Shown: in pieces, positions 1 to 10,372 of the stretch
How the letters are laid out: the number at the start of each line of letters is the position of its first letter
Position numbering within the stretch: the first letter of the stretch is position 1
Source: Candidatus Marinacidobacterales bacterium
GTDB taxonomy: Bacteria > Acidobacteriota > Vicinamibacteria > Marinacidobacterales > DATDRI01
Reading direction: 5' to 3'
Assembly (NCBI GenBank): GCA_965219415.1
Contig: CBDCNP010000002.1
Span: forward strand, 4,288,001 to 4,352,000
DNA: 64,000 nt
Translations under genes and position numbers: made by a program
Notes under the pieces: generated by a model
Seen by the model: the letters and a program-made list of their open reading frames with translations, nothing else
Databases searched by the model: none
Told to the model about the DNA's origin: nothing

Positions 1-1
1 C

Positions 2-516
2 GACATCGACGTAAAGGGAAAGGCATACGAAGAGATCGTAGGCTCCAATCTTCGCGGCGATCGCGGAGAGTTCTTTACCCCGCGTAATATTTGTCGCATG
101 GCCGTTGAGATGCTTGACCCCGACCCAAAACATCTCGTCCTTGATCCCGCATGCGGCACGGGCGGCTTTCTCACGATCGCCATGAATCACGTCATGAGAA
201 AGATTCGTCGCAGCGCCGAACGTCGATGGCGTGACAAGAACCACCCTACCGAAGCTGAGCTTCGCGAGCGGTTTAAAAAGATCCAGGAGTACGCTGACAA
301 AAAGATCGTCGGGATAGATATAAATCCGAACTTGGTTAAGGCCACGAAGATGAACATGGTGATGAACAACGACGGTTCCGGTGGCCTCTACCAGGGCAAT
401 GCGCTTGAACGCCCCATAACGTGGAGAGAGGCTCTCCGTGCCCGCGATTTGATGGGGCAAGTATCGTGCCTTTTCACAAACCCTCCATTTGGAGGCAAGA
501 TCCCAATCGATGACCC
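2..516 (+). pseudogene. N6-adenine DNA methyltransferase (HsdM/type IIG-like), 3'-truncated; starts before the window
   Basis: Frame from nt 2 reads GEFFTPR, DPACGTGGFL (motif I) and NPPF (motif IV). An IS end starts at 517, just after NPPFGGKIPIDD. Confidence 0.85.
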
Positions 517-992
517 CGTCCTGTGCCAAAACTCGGCCCTTTTGAAATACACCATAAATCAGCAGCTTAGTGTCTGTGTTTGCAACCGGGCCAAGGGCCG
601 TGGGCTTTACAATCGTCTGGCCCGAGGGTGTTCTCTTCCAGATCCATGATCCCGATCGTCTGAACCCACAACGGTGCCAGCGGACGACCATCTCAAGTTT
701 CAAGGTGACGAGGACGCTCTCCCAGTCAGTCCAGATTCTGCACAACAGCACCCAAAACTCGCAATCGGCATTCGAGAGCCGCGGCCGTTTCACCGAACGA
801 CGGAGGACGGCAAGCTGCTGCCGAAGAGCGACATTGTCGAGAGCCAGCTCGCGACGAGCCTTGAAGGCAGAGATGAGAGCGGGAACCAACGACGAAATCA
901 TGCAGGCATGGTGCCGGCAGGCCGGAGACTAATCAAGTTCGGTGCGCGCGGATGAATAAATGGAAGGCACAGCCGAGTTTTGGCACAGGACG
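517..992. mobile_element. Fused rve-type IS remnants (lineage A end, inverted lineage E 5' part, second A end)
   Basis: CGTCCTGTGCCAAAAC at 517. Minus strand encodes MISSLVPALISAFKARRELALDNVALRQQL, similar to the N-terminus of the 349-aa transposase. Ends at 971 and 992. Confidence 0.75.
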
Positions 993-1169
993 GGGTCCGG
1001 CAAGGCTTGAGAGCATCTCGTTCATCATCGCTCCCCGGCTCGTTCTTGATGGCCTTGGACCGGATCATCAGGCGGACCCGTGAGCTCAGTAAGCAGGCCC
1101 TGCCGCGCACGGACGCCGCGACCGAGGTCGGATCCCAGCCTCGGTTGGCGCCCAGCACGACACGCGGGG

Positions 1170-2072
1170 TCAGCGAGTTGCCGTCCCTGTCGGGAACATG
1201 CTCGCGATGTTGTCCATGGGTTGGAGGACGGCCGGCCCAACATCTTCAATGTTCGCGTCCACCAGCGGCTTCAGTGTGAAGGGGGCAGGACGGTTGTCTG
1301 GCTCCGGTTCGATCGATATAACCGCGTGGTAGCCGATCAGCGAGACCGATGGCGTGATGAACTCCTGCCCTGGGAATGGCGGCGTGCCATCCGGGCCTCT
1401 CGCCGGTCCACCCGCGTCCGAGTCGTCACCCGTCACCTGAGTGAATCGGCCCGTCGACACCGGGCCTTCGGGGCCGACCACCCAGCCTTCGTAAACCCAG
1501 CCCGCAGGCAACTCCGGCAGCACCAGCGACGCGCGATGACCGGCAGGGTTAAGCCACCAGATGCCCGACGCATAATCACCCGCCACAGCGGCCGTCGAAG
1601 GTGTCTCCAGAATGAAGCTCCCGGACGCGGAAGTGAAGTCGCTCCCCAACGCTGCACCATCCGCCACAGAAAGCGCAGCGCTGTTTCCAGCGAAGTCACC
1701 GGCGAGATACTTCGTCCCCGACGGCGCAGGGTCAGAATCCGGCGAAGGCTCAATGCTTAGGATGAACTTCGTCGCAGACGACAGCGCCGCCTCATCGACG
1801 GGAAAGTTGAGTTGACTCAAGCTGCCATCGTCACGGACCCTGAAAGTGCCCGTCGAGACGGGATTGCCGTCCACCAGGATCCAGCCCTCGTAGACGAAAT
1901 CAGAACCTAGACGCTCGAGACCGTTGAACGACAACCCGAGACCCATCGAGCTGGATCCGGTGGGGGTGTTCTGGCTGGGCCCCGTGGGACTGTCGTTGTC
2001 GTCGCCACACGCGGTGACAAAAGCAACCGTCATGCCAAGCAGCACCATCGCTACCGTCATGAATCGTTTCAT
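1170..2072 (-). CDS. Lipoprotein with duplicated YEGW..GPVSTG.F motif (RskA-like 'anti-sigma factor' family annotation)
   Basis: Signal peptide with lipobox (FVTAC), AGGAGG RBS, two YEGW-x-V-x-G-x-P-V-S-T-G repeats. Confidence 0.7.
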   Translation of the reverse strand: MKRFMTVAMVLLGMTVAFVTACGDDNDSPTGPSQNTPTGSSSMGLGLSFNGLERLGSDFVYEGWILVDGNPVSTGTFRVRDDGSLSQLNFPVDEAALSSATKFILSIEPSPDSDPAPSGTKYLAGDFAGNSAALSVADGAALGSDFTSASGSFILETPSTAAVAGDYASGIWWLNPAGHRASLVLPELPAGWVYEGWVVGPEGPVSTGRFTQVTGDDSDAGGPARGPDGTPPFPGQEFITPSVSLIGYHAVISIEPEPDNRPAPFTLKPLVDANIEDVGPAVLQPMDNIASMFPTGTATR

Positions 2073-2103
2073 GATCTATCCTCCTTCGGTTGTGGGGATC
2101 GCT

Positions 2104-2223
2104 GGTATTGTCAAGTTGAGGCATTCAGGGCTGACCCGACCCCAAGATGTTGGCAACGCGGTGCGCTCGAACCCTATTATCTAGAGGCCCGCCCCGAGCT
2201 TGAAACCTCAACTTGACTGTACC
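2104..2223. mobile_element. 120-bp MITE with 18-bp IS6-like TIRs; empty target of the IS110
   Basis: GGTATTGTCAAGTTGAGG ... CCTCAACTTGACTGTACC. Homologous inverted copy at 2520-2629 and remnant at 16627-16659. Confidence 0.8.
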
Positions 2224-2519
2224 GTCTCTGGGGCTATGCCAGCGAACTACACCGCCACATTATAGCTCATCCCTGCTCGAACGCACTTGAGGATTTTCTC
2301 TTGGCGCTTGGGGGTGAGTTTGGTTTTCCGTCCAGCCATGTGTTTTGGGGAATTTTACCAGGGTTGCCTGAAGATATGATGAAATTGACGCAATAGGTCG
2401 CGGTTGGCCTTCTCCCCACGCGCGAAACAGGCGTAGAATGTGGCTTATTGACGCCTGCGACCTGCCCAGCTTCCTTATTACTTATTCCAGCCCGAACGCA
2501 CTCCAGGATGGTTTTTGGG
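2224..2519 (-). pseudogene. Degraded tandem phage-type HTH fragments
   Basis: Minus strand gives ILECVRAGISNKEAGQVAGVNK and MAGRKTKLTPKRQEKILKCVRAGMSYNVAV*FAGI (similar repeats, internal stop). Confidence 0.4.
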
Positions 2520-2639
2520 GTTGCTGTCAAGTTGAGGTCTCGAGCTCGGAGCGGGCCGCTAGATAATGGGGCTCGAGCGTACCGCGTTGCCAACATCTTG
2601 GGGTCCGGTCGGTCCCGAATGCCTCAACTAATAAGAAAC

Positions 2640-3878
2640 TCAGGGTGTAGCGTTGGCAAGAGGTGTGAGAGTGACGTCAAAACCGAGCTCCCTTAGGCGT
2701 CGTGTCATTCGTATTGTGAGCTGTTCCTTGTCGCGTTGATGGAAGTAATCGGCACCCAGTTCCCGGTATGGAATCTCATTGTGGAGCATGTAGTAGACGG
2801 CGGTGATGATGGAGGCGGCGACGGCGACGACAGCTTTCTTGGGGCCCCGACGAGACTTGAGCCGGAAGAACTGGGCACGCAGATAGCTGTCGCGCTTGCG
2901 GCTTGCCGCCCAAGCGGCTTGGACAAGAGCGGTCTTGAGCCATGGAGCCCCTTTGCGGGTTTTCTGAGAAAAGCGTTTACCGGCACTCTCATGAAGCCGT
3001 GGGCATAGACCGGCCCAAGAGCGAAGGTGTCCGGCCGTTGGGAATGCCGAGACATCGGGTCCGATCTCGGCGACGAGAATGGCCGCCGTGGCTTCACTGA
3101 TGCCCGGGATCGTCACCAGAAGCTCGACGGCCGATCGAAAAGGGCGCAGGCTCTCTGTGATACGGGATTCGAGCGCGCTCACTGAGGCTTCAAGCTGCTC
3201 GATATGATGGAGATGAAAACCCAACAGGAAACGATGATGGTCGGTAACGTAGCCCTCGAGCGCTGCGCTCAATTCCTGTTCAGTGGCTTTGAGTCGGCTC
3301 GAGCCCAGCTCACTCAGCTTGTGAGGGTCGCTTTCTCCCGCAATGATCGCTCGGAGAATCGCCCGCCCGCTTACTCCCAAAATCGTGCTAATCACGCTCG
3401 TCAATTTGATGTTCGCGTCTTCCAACGTCTTTTGAATTCGCTGGGTCTCCCGAGCGATTTCTCGAACGAACTGCTTTCGCGTTCGGGTCAGCTCTCGCAG
3501 TTCCTGGATCGGCGTTGGCGGAACGAAGCTAGCTCGAATGAGACCATGGGCAAGCAAATCCGCTATCCACAAGGCATCACTGATATCGCTCTTACGACCC
3601 GGCATGTTCTTGACGTGGGCCGGTTGTGCCAACACCAACTCAAAATGACCTTCGAGCACATGCCACACCGGCTTCCAATACACTCCGGTCGCTTCCATCG
3701 CTACAATCGTGCAACCGCACTGCCCCAGCCAATCCAACATTTCCAGCAATTCGCTCGTGGCCGTGCCGAACACACGCGTCTCGCGCACCACCTTCCGCTT
3801 CGACGCTACCCGCACGCAAGCCGTAATCGATTTCTGGTGGACGTCCAATCCGGCGCATCGCTTATGAACCACTCTCAT
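2640..3878 (-). CDS. IS110-family DEDD recombinase/transposase, apparently intact
   Basis: CAGLDVH, AMEATG and KSDISDA (DEDD); TIPGIS; HESAGK serine motif. ATG at 3878 follows AAGGAGG. Confidence 0.95.
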   Translation of the reverse strand: MRVVHKRCAGLDVHQKSITACVRVASKRKVVRETRVFGTATSELLEMLDWLGQCGCTIVAMEATGVYWKPVWHVLEGHFELVLAQPAHVKNMPGRKSDISDALWIADLLAHGLIRASFVPPTPIQELRELTRTRKQFVREIARETQRIQKTLEDANIKLTSVISTILGVSGRAILRAIIAGESDPHKLSELGSSRLKATEQELSAALEGYVTDHHRFLLGFHLHHIEQLEASVSALESRITESLRPFRSAVELLVTIPGISEATAAILVAEIGPDVSAFPTAGHLRSWAGLCPRLHESAGKRFSQKTRKGAPWLKTALVQAAWAASRKRDSYLRAQFFRLKSRRGPKKAVVAVAASIITAVYYMLHNEIPYRELGADYFHQRDKEQLTIRMTRRLRELGFDVTLTPLANATP

Positions 3879-4107
3879 CGCAGCCTCCTTCACGTCGCAC
3901 CGGCGTGGAGCCCACGAACTTGTAATCTAATAGACGCGCTCAACTATCCCAGCTGGAATAGAAAACGCAATTTGGGGTACGCGCAGGACTCCCAGCCAAA
4001 CTTGACAACGGGCTCAGTCGCACCAACGTTAAGCCGAGCTCTGAGCCGGTGCCACCTTCACAGACTACCGCGTTTCATTTATTCGGGGTGACCGCCAGGC
4101 CGTGGAA
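3879..4107 (-). ncRNA. Candidate IS110 bridge RNA region (left non-coding end), copy 1
   Basis: About 230 nt, conserved in three copies, with several stems and target/donor-matching segments. Position is as known for IS110-group bridge RNAs. Confidence 0.65.
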
Positions 4108-4124
4108 AACTTGACAGTACCGTA

Positions 4125-4268
4125 GTGCACTATCACACAGAACGGAACCACCAAGGTCTCGGCAACGAGCTCATCACACCTCTGCCGGCAAGCGCGAATG
4201 ACGCTGGCCCCATCGTGTCGCGAGAGCGACTCGGGGGCATTCTCAACTACTACTACCGTGCCGCGTAG
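4125..4268 (+). pseudogene. C-terminal fragment of rve-type transposase
   Basis: VHYHTERNHQGLGNELI...RERLGGILNYYYRAA*, similar to the C-terminus of 11312..11962. Confidence 0.75.
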
Positions 4269-4336
4269 ATTGTCGCCGGCGACGGTAGCCCCTCGGTGGG
4301 CTCGACCGACGTAGCGTGGAAACAGCTTCAGGAACA

Positions 4337-4776
4337 ACTCCGGTCGCTTCCATCGCTACAATCGTGCAACCGCACTGCCCCAGCCAATCCAACATTTCCA
4401 GCAATTCGCTCGTGGCCGTGTCGAACACACGCGTCTCGCGCACCACCTTCCGCTTCGACGCTACCCGCACGCAAGCCGTAATCGATTTTTGGTGGACGTC
4501 CAATCCGGCGCATCGCTTATGAACCACTCTCATCGCAGCCTCCTTCACGTCGCACCGGCGTGGAGCCCACGAACTTGTAATCTAATAGACGCGCTCAACT
4601 ATCCCAGCTGGAATAGAAAACGCAATTTGGGGTACGCGCAGGACTCCCAGCCAAACTTGACAACGGGCTCAGTCGCACCAACGTTAAGCCGACCTCTGAG
4701 CCGGTGCCACCTTCACAGACTACCGCGTTTCATTTATTCGGGGTGACCGCCAGGCCGTGGAAAACTTGACAGTACC
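4337..4776 (-). mobile_element. IS110 copy 3: left end plus 5' part of transposase, same target junction
   Basis: Near-identical to 3682-4121, including AAAACT|TGACAGTACC. Confidence 0.9.
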
Positions 4777-4779
4777 GTC

Positions 4780-4945
4780 GGTGCTTGCGCTGTTTACTGT
4801 TGGTAATATGTACGCATCCCTTTGCAAAAGGGGCGCTTACGCTCCATTTAGCGTGCAGCGAAGGTCGTAAGCGCTATTTTGGCTGTAATTTAATGCACCG
4901 TAAAGTCTTAGCGTCATCTCACCAACACTTAATGGCGGAAGCACC
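4780..4945. mobile_element. 166-bp IS1-type MITE, copy 1
   Basis: GGTGCTTGCGC ... GCGGAAGCACC termini match the IS1 at 49214-50413; seven copies in the window. Confidence 0.85.
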
Positions 4946-5039
4946 GGGTCGCTTGCGCCTGACCGATGCGAAACGTCCCGTCGCACCAGTCTCAAGTCCG
5001 TTTGTGTTTTTGGACACGAGGGGATGACGAGGTGGTCGG

Positions 5040-5906
5040 ATGATCAAGGTGGTGAGCTGGAACATCGGCAAGCGCAAGAAGCCGTGGCGCCAACTGGTGC
5101 AGATGGCTCGCGAAGGTGACGCGGATTTGGCGCTCTTGCAGGAAGCGGGAAGCCCACCCGGAGACTTGGTGCACTGGATCGAATACATGGACAAGGTGTT
5201 CTGGAACCGGCAACTATACGACCGCTGGCCGTTGGTCGTGAAGCTGTCCGATCGAATCACCGTCGAGCCGTACCGCCAAGTCCCGCCGACCAACGAACTC
5301 GGTGAGGATACGATTGGTGTCAGTGGCATCGGCACCATCGCCGCCAGTAGGGTGATCCCGTGCGACAACGAGGAAGAGGCTTTTGTGGCAGTGTCGATGT
5401 ACGCACGCTGGTTGCATCCTCATCCGTCTACCAGGAGCAGTTGGGGTGTCGGTTACTCGGATGCCTCAGCCCATCGGATCATTTCGGACCTGTCCGCGTT
5501 CATAGGTCATTCCGACCCTACGAAGCACAGGATCCTGGCTGCGGGTGATCTGAACATGTTCTACGGGGCAGTCGGTTCCAGGTTGTCGCTGCCGGAACGT
5601 GACCGCACGGTGTGGGATCGGATGCAGGCGCTCGGGCTGGAGTTCCTGGGTCCGCAGGCGCCGCACGGTCGGCGCGCACGAACTGCGCCAGACGACGTAC
5701 CGCCGACCACGAGGAACGTGCCGACCTACTACCGCCCGGGAACCGAACCGGAAACCGCGGTGAATCAATTGGACTACGCGTTCGCGTCGCGCGGGTTCCA
5801 CGAGAAGGTCTCAGTGCTGGCGATGAACGAGATTGAGGAGTGGGGCCCGAGCGATCACTGCCGTCTGATGATCGAGGTAAATGTGAAAGGCCACAACAAG
5901 AGTTGA
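5040..5906 (+). CDS. Endonuclease/exonuclease/phosphatase (EEP) family protein
   Basis: VVSWNI, LLQE, GDLN, LDY and SDH motifs; GAGG RBS. Confidence 0.9.
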   Translation: MIKVVSWNIGKRKKPWRQLVQMAREGDADLALLQEAGSPPGDLVHWIEYMDKVFWNRQLYDRWPLVVKLSDRITVEPYRQVPPTNELGEDTIGVSGIGTIAASRVIPCDNEEEAFVAVSMYARWLHPHPSTRSSWGVGYSDASAHRIISDLSAFIGHSDPTKHRILAAGDLNMFYGAVGSRLSLPERDRTVWDRMQALGLEFLGPQAPHGRRARTAPDDVPPTTRNVPTYYRPGTEPETAVNQLDYAFASRGFHEKVSVLAMNEIEEWGPSDHCRLMIEVNVKGHNKS

Positions 5907-6502
5907 CTTCCCTCGACTGGACCGCCGTACTAGCCACGAGGGATCACGCGCCGCGACGGACGGCCATGATCCGAAAAAAAGATCGCGTATTGATGAGCAA
6001 ACAGCGTCGTGTCCGAAAATACAAACGGAGCCCGAAAGCTCGAATCCTAGAGGCTTTCTCGAAATTCGCGGAGACCAACCGGGTTCCCAAGCATGCGCGG
6101 GGATGAACTCCGCATACCTCGTAGGGCAAGCCGGCGCGAGAGAAGGAAAGAAGAAAGGGATGAAGATCGAGCCAACAGAGCCGAACGAGTTCATCAATGA
6201 CCTGGTGCTGCTAAGTTTCATTGTGTTGGGGATTTTCGCGTTCTACTACGTGAGCGCTTGCGTGTTTTGATGTTATGTTTCCAATGAAGTGAAGCGTCCT
6301 CCCGCAAAGCTGATCTTTTCGAGAACCCGGTTCTCCTCGAGCACGTAGACGATAGTGGACTGTTGGTCACGCTGGACTCGACCAGCAATGGCGACGACCA
6401 ACTATGTCAAGGACTGGATCGGCGTGCGAAGACCGAGGATTCTAGCTTCCATCGGCCAACCAAACCTAGATATCTCTATTCCGAAACGTCACGGCGCGAC
6501 GG

Positions 6503-6739
6503 CGTCGTGTCCAAGAATACGAACGGAGCCGGAAAGCTCGAATCCTAGAGGCGTTCTCGAAATTTGTGGAAACCCGCCGACGCGGCACTGGCTCTGCTAA
6601 GGACTGCCGACGTATTCTTCTGCCTCGGTCAACGCGTTCCCGAGCCCTTGATGGTTGCGCTCTCTGTAATAATGATGAATGAACTCAGCGACGGCCCGGC
6701 GCGCCGGTCTTGAGTTCGTTTGTATTCTTGGACACGACG
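6503..6739. mobile_element. 237-bp miniature of rve lineage C
   Basis: TIR CGTCGTGTCCAAGAATAC at both ends; internal RNHQGLGN transposase remnant on the minus strand. Confidence 0.8.
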
Positions 6740-6885
6740 GAGTTTTTGGGTTTGCCAAAAAGATGTTACGCCATTCTTATTTCCACGGGAATCGGGACAG
6801 ATCCTATTTTGCGGATCACAACCAGAGGTGCCACCCTAGTATGGCTGACCGACAGAACTAATTTTGGCAGAACCAGGAGAACAAG

Positions 6886-7320
6886 ATGGCAAGACTAACG
6901 ATAAGCTCCTATAGAAAACCCGCGGTGATCATAAGTCGAAGCGCCGTTGCACGAGACCACCTCGTCTATATTGCCGTCGCTAACAAGCCCATGAGGTACA
7001 GATATGGGCGCTCCAGAATCGTCTATATCGGTACGACTAGAGCAGGCGCCTCACGGATCGCGCAGAGTGCCGCTGGTAAGGCCAATCATATGCTGGCTCT
7101 TCACGGGGTAACTCACCTCCAGTTTTATGTTGTTTCGTGTCCGCGACGGCAACGTGTTCAAACGTGGAAAAAACTGGAGCGTGGGCTACTTCTTTGCTTT
7201 CGTGAGCAATTCGGCGAAGTGCCCGAGTGCAACACGCAGGGAAGGCGAATGAAATGGCGAGATGAGCTCAAGTACTTTACAGAACGCCGCATGCGATCCG
7301 TCATCTTCAAGTACTCTTGA
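6886..7320 (+). CDS. Stand-alone GIY-YIG-like nuclease
   Basis: LVYI...IVYIGTT...R, LERGLL and a terminal CN; AGGAG RBS. Confidence 0.65.
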   Translation: MARLTISSYRKPAVIISRSAVARDHLVYIAVANKPMRYRYGRSRIVYIGTTRAGASRIAQSAAGKANHMLALHGVTHLQFYVVSCPRRQRVQTWKKLERGLLLCFREQFGEVPECNTQGRRMKWRDELKYFTERRMRSVIFKYS

Positions 7321-7336
7321 GATTGGATCGTCTGAT

Positions 7337-7490
7337 ATGAGTGAAGAAATCGCCCTTGTCGGTATCGATTGCGCGACCCAGCCATCCAATGTCGGACTTG
7401 CGCTCGGCGTTTGGCGTCTCGGCTCTCTAGAAATTCGCGAACTGGGAAACAGAGAACATTCTCCCCAAGAAACAATAACCCACTGGTTGA
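7337..7490 (+). pseudogene. DUF429-like (RNase H-fold) protein N-terminus, truncated
   Basis: MSEEIALVGIDCATQPSNVGLA; cut by IS256 sequence at 7491. Confidence 0.55.
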
Positions 7491-7629
7491 ATCAGCGTAC
7501 CCGTACTGGTCGCGCTCGGGGTCGCGCCAGACGGGCAGAAACGTCTGTTGTCATTGCGTCTGGCGGTGAGCGAAGCCTCGACGCATTGGGGCTCCGTGCT
7601 GGAGGGACTCCAGGCTCGAGGACTCCGGG
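7491..7629 (+). mobile_element. Internal IS256 fragment
   Basis: Near-identical to about 45346-45485. Confidence 0.85.
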
Positions 7630-7849
7630 CTTTATTAGGGAAGAGAAGAAGAAGGAAGAATCAAACTAGTTGCTCTCGGACCGCCCAAGAGTAGCCGCCA
7701 CCGACGAGAACAGACATGGGATGCCCCCCGGGTCTAGTGTCGGCGTGAGCGCTGGCGCTCTACTTCCTCCAGATCTTTGCGCTGGTCTTCTGCACTGCCC
7801 AGAAACGTTGCCCGAACCGCCTTCATGTTCCACTTTTCCTTAGGCTCCA

Positions 7850-8295
7850 GTCTCATTCCGTCGAGGAGCCCACCCTAAGCCCGGCGCGCAAGGCTGCGCT
7901 TCGACGTAGGTGGGCGGATCTTATCCGTCGGGTGTACGAAGTCGACCCTCTGCTTTGTGAGCGCTGCGGTGGCCAGCTCCGAGTGATCGGCTTCATCACC
8001 GAGCCTCGTGTCATAGGAAAGATTCTTGAGCATCTCGAAAAGCGAGACCGACATTCACGAGCTCCACCTCCTGCTCAGCCGGTCTCGGTATCTTGAGCCC
8101 CTCCCCCGGCGCTCCATCGACTCTCTTCGTGTGTCTAGACGAGCAGAGCCTGCCCGCAAGCCCTCGAGCACACCACCAGCTTTCCCTCTTCAACTCGAGA
8201 TGCTATTCTTCCCCTTCCAAAGGAGGGGAGAACGCACCTACGGGGGTGAAAAGCACCGGTATCGGAGGAGCACCCGCGGGTCAAAATCCCTATCC
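7850..8295 (+). mobile_element. IS91/ISCR-like 3' remnant with oriIS-like end
   Basis: RRRWADLIRRVYEVDPLLCERCGGQLRVIGFITEP..KILEHL..RAPP*, followed by AAAATCCCTATCC at 8283-8295. Confidence 0.7.
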
Positions 8296-8306
8296 TTTGG
8301 TAGACC

Positions 8307-9521
8307 ATGGATCATCGAAGTGGACTCAAACTCGCGGACATCCGCAACCTCGCCGACCCCGCGGAGCTCTACGGGAGGTTGCGCCAGGATCCGGTTTCCT
8401 GGTCAAAGGAGTTCGACGGATGGTTTCTATCCCGATACGTCGACGTCAAGAACGCCTTGCTCGAGGCTTCTTTGAGCAACGAGAGAATCTCTCACCTAAA
8501 GGACGAGCTTCCCGGAATGGAAGACCTGCTGAAGGACTACGCCCGGGTCCTTCGTGGCGCCATGTTCATGGCCGATCCTCCGATCCACACCCGGTTAAGA
8601 AAATTAACTCGGGGAGGGTTTACACACGCTTCCGTCGAGCACTGGCGGTCGGTCATTCAAGGTGTTGTCGATTCTTGTCTGGACAAGGTGCAAAGCGCGG
8701 GGCGGATGGATATCGTGGCCGACTTCGCCGATCCCATCCCATCGATCTTCATGGCCGAGCTCTTCGACATCTCCGCCGGAGATCGAGATGAATTCTTCCA
8801 ATGGTCGATCGACCTAGCCGCTTTCTTCGGCTCGCCTTTAGGCGACGTCAAAGAAAAGGCGCGTCTAGCCAATGAAGGTACTCGCAAACTCGAAGAATAC
8901 TTCCTTGAGCTCATCGACCGGCGCCATCGGAAGCCAGGGGAAGACCTCGTTAGCTTCTTCATTCAAAAGCAAGAGGAGGGAACTTTGAGCGAGGCCGAGG
9001 TGAGTGCTCAGTGTGTAGCTCTGCTGGCGGCGGGAACTATTACCACTGCCGACCAACTCAGCAACAGCATCGATGCCCTTCTCCGAAACCCGGATCAACT
9101 TAAACGATTGCAGCAGGTCCCGGGTCTCATCGTGGGAGCGGTCCAAGAGACACTGCGCTACGAGCCCGCCTCTCCGTTTATCTACAAGCTGGCTACCGAC
9201 GACTTCACCCTGGCCGGCCAAGAAATCCACAAAGGCCAGCGAGTTTTCCTGTGCTTCGGTCCAGCCAACCGGGATCCGGAGATGTTTCCCGAACCCGATC
9301 GCCTGGACATCGAGCGGTCGAACAGCCGGCAGCATCTCGCCTTCGGATCGGGCCCCCACTGGTGCCTCGGCGCAGACCTGGCCAGCGTTGAGATAGAAAT
9401 TGCGCTGGGGACATTGTTGAGGCGCCTGCCCCAACTGCGATTCGACGAGACTCGACCCGCGACACGCCGCTGGGAAAGCTTGACGTTCCGCGGCTTCTCA
9501 GAGCTATCCGTTGTTTTCTGA
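8307..9521 (+). CDS. Cytochrome P450
   Basis: DPPIHTRLR, ETLRY (ExxR), ANRDP and heme motif FGSGPHWCLG. Confidence 0.95.
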   Translation: MDHRSGLKLADIRNLADPAELYGRLRQDPVSWSKEFDGWFLSRYVDVKNALLEASLSNERISHLKDELPGMEDLLKDYARVLRGAMFMADPPIHTRLRKLTRGGFTHASVEHWRSVIQGVVDSCLDKVQSAGRMDIVADFADPIPSIFMAELFDISAGDRDEFFQWSIDLAAFFGSPLGDVKEKARLANEGTRKLEEYFLELIDRRHRKPGEDLVSFFIQKQEEGTLSEAEVSAQCVALLAAGTITTADQLSNSIDALLRNPDQLKRLQQVPGLIVGAVQETLRYEPASPFIYKLATDDFTLAGQEIHKGQRVFLCFGPANRDPEMFPEPDRLDIERSNSRQHLAFGSGPHWCLGADLASVEIEIALGTLLRRLPQLRFDETRPATRRWESLTFRGFSELSVVF

Positions 9522-9541
9522 ATATAAGGAGGAGGTGCGCC

Positions 9542-10339
9542 ATGGCGAAGACGGTCACTCCTGATGGCGTCCAGATCGACTACGTGAGCAGAGGACAGGG
9601 TAAGCCCATCTTCTTCGTTCACGGGTGGTTTTGCAGCCAGCGCGTCTGGGACTGTCAGTTCCACGCTCTGCAAGACCGATACCGCTCGGTCGCTCTCGAC
9701 CTCCGCGGCATGGGCCAGTCGGAGAAAGCGGACTGCAAGTACACGTTCGAGGAGTTCGCCTCGGACGTTCGCCACGTCATTAAGGAGCTTGGGCTCAAGG
9801 AGGTGACGCTGGTGGGTTGGTCGATGGGCGTCAGCGTCTCGCTTGCGTATATGGAGAACTACCAGGACGACGGGGACGTGGCCCGGGTCGTGCTCATCAA
9901 CGGCCCGATCAAACTGATCAGCTCGCCGGGTTGGGACTTCGGTATCGAGGAAAAAGAGTGCATGGGCTATATCAATGGATTGGCCAACGAGTCCATTAAC
10001 GGGCGCAGAAGTTTTGCCGCGGCGAATCTCTACAAGCCGACGGAGGCCGAGATCGATTTCCTCTTCAACTTATCGCTGCAGACGCCCCTCGACATCGGAC
10101 TCAAGGCGGCTTACAACCAGATGGAGCTGGATCAGCGCTCGGTCTTGAAGTCCTTGAAGGTTCCATGCCTCGCCATGCAAAGCGACCACGACTTCTACCC
10201 GGTGGGGCTGGGGCATTACATCTCCGAGACTGTCCCTAAAGGACACGTGAAGATCTTCGAGGACAGTGGGCATGCCCTTCCGTTTCAAGACACCGCTCGG
10301 TTCAACGAGGCTCTCATCGAGTTCATCGAGTCCACTTAG
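9542..10339 (+). CDS. Alpha/beta hydrolase (arylesterase/perhydrolase-like)
   Basis: FVHGW, DLRGMGQS, GWSMG nucleophile elbow, SGH; AGGAGG RBS. Confidence 0.9.
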   Translation: MAKTVTPDGVQIDYVSRGQGKPIFFVHGWFCSQRVWDCQFHALQDRYRSVALDLRGMGQSEKADCKYTFEEFASDVRHVIKELGLKEVTLVGWSMGVSVSLAYMENYQDDGDVARVVLINGPIKLISSPGWDFGIEEKECMGYINGLANESINGRRSFAAANLYKPTEAEIDFLFNLSLQTPLDIGLKAAYNQMELDQRSVLKSLKVPCLAMQSDHDFYPVGLGHYISETVPKGHVKIFEDSGHALPFQDTARFNEALIEFIEST

Positions 10340-10372
10340 TCGTACGAAAGCTTCGCAGGAAGGAGCAAGGAG

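Larger units (their letters stand above)
2630..4111 (-). mobile_element. IS110-family element copy 1 (~1482 bp)
   Basis: Boundaries set by the empty target and by identity with the copy at 15143-16626. No TIR; AGTT shared at both junctions. Confidence 0.9.
2520..4121. mobile_element. Second 120-bp MITE copy, TIR interrupted by IS110
   Basis: MITE body 2520-2629 ends GCCTCAACT; the rest of the TIR (TGACAGTACC) resumes at 4112-4121 after the IS110. Confidence 0.8.

Noticed and set aside
517-649. C-terminal extension of ORF 98..649
   Set aside because: Read-through into IS end sequence.
2104-2629. Composite transposon formed by two inverted MITEs
   Set aside because: No TSD and the enclosed DNA is a degraded HTH fragment.
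3204-4091. Long antisense ORFs over transposases (also 15088..15822, 33418..34413, 23092..23766)
   Set aside because: Shadow frames of real transposase genes in GC-rich DNA.
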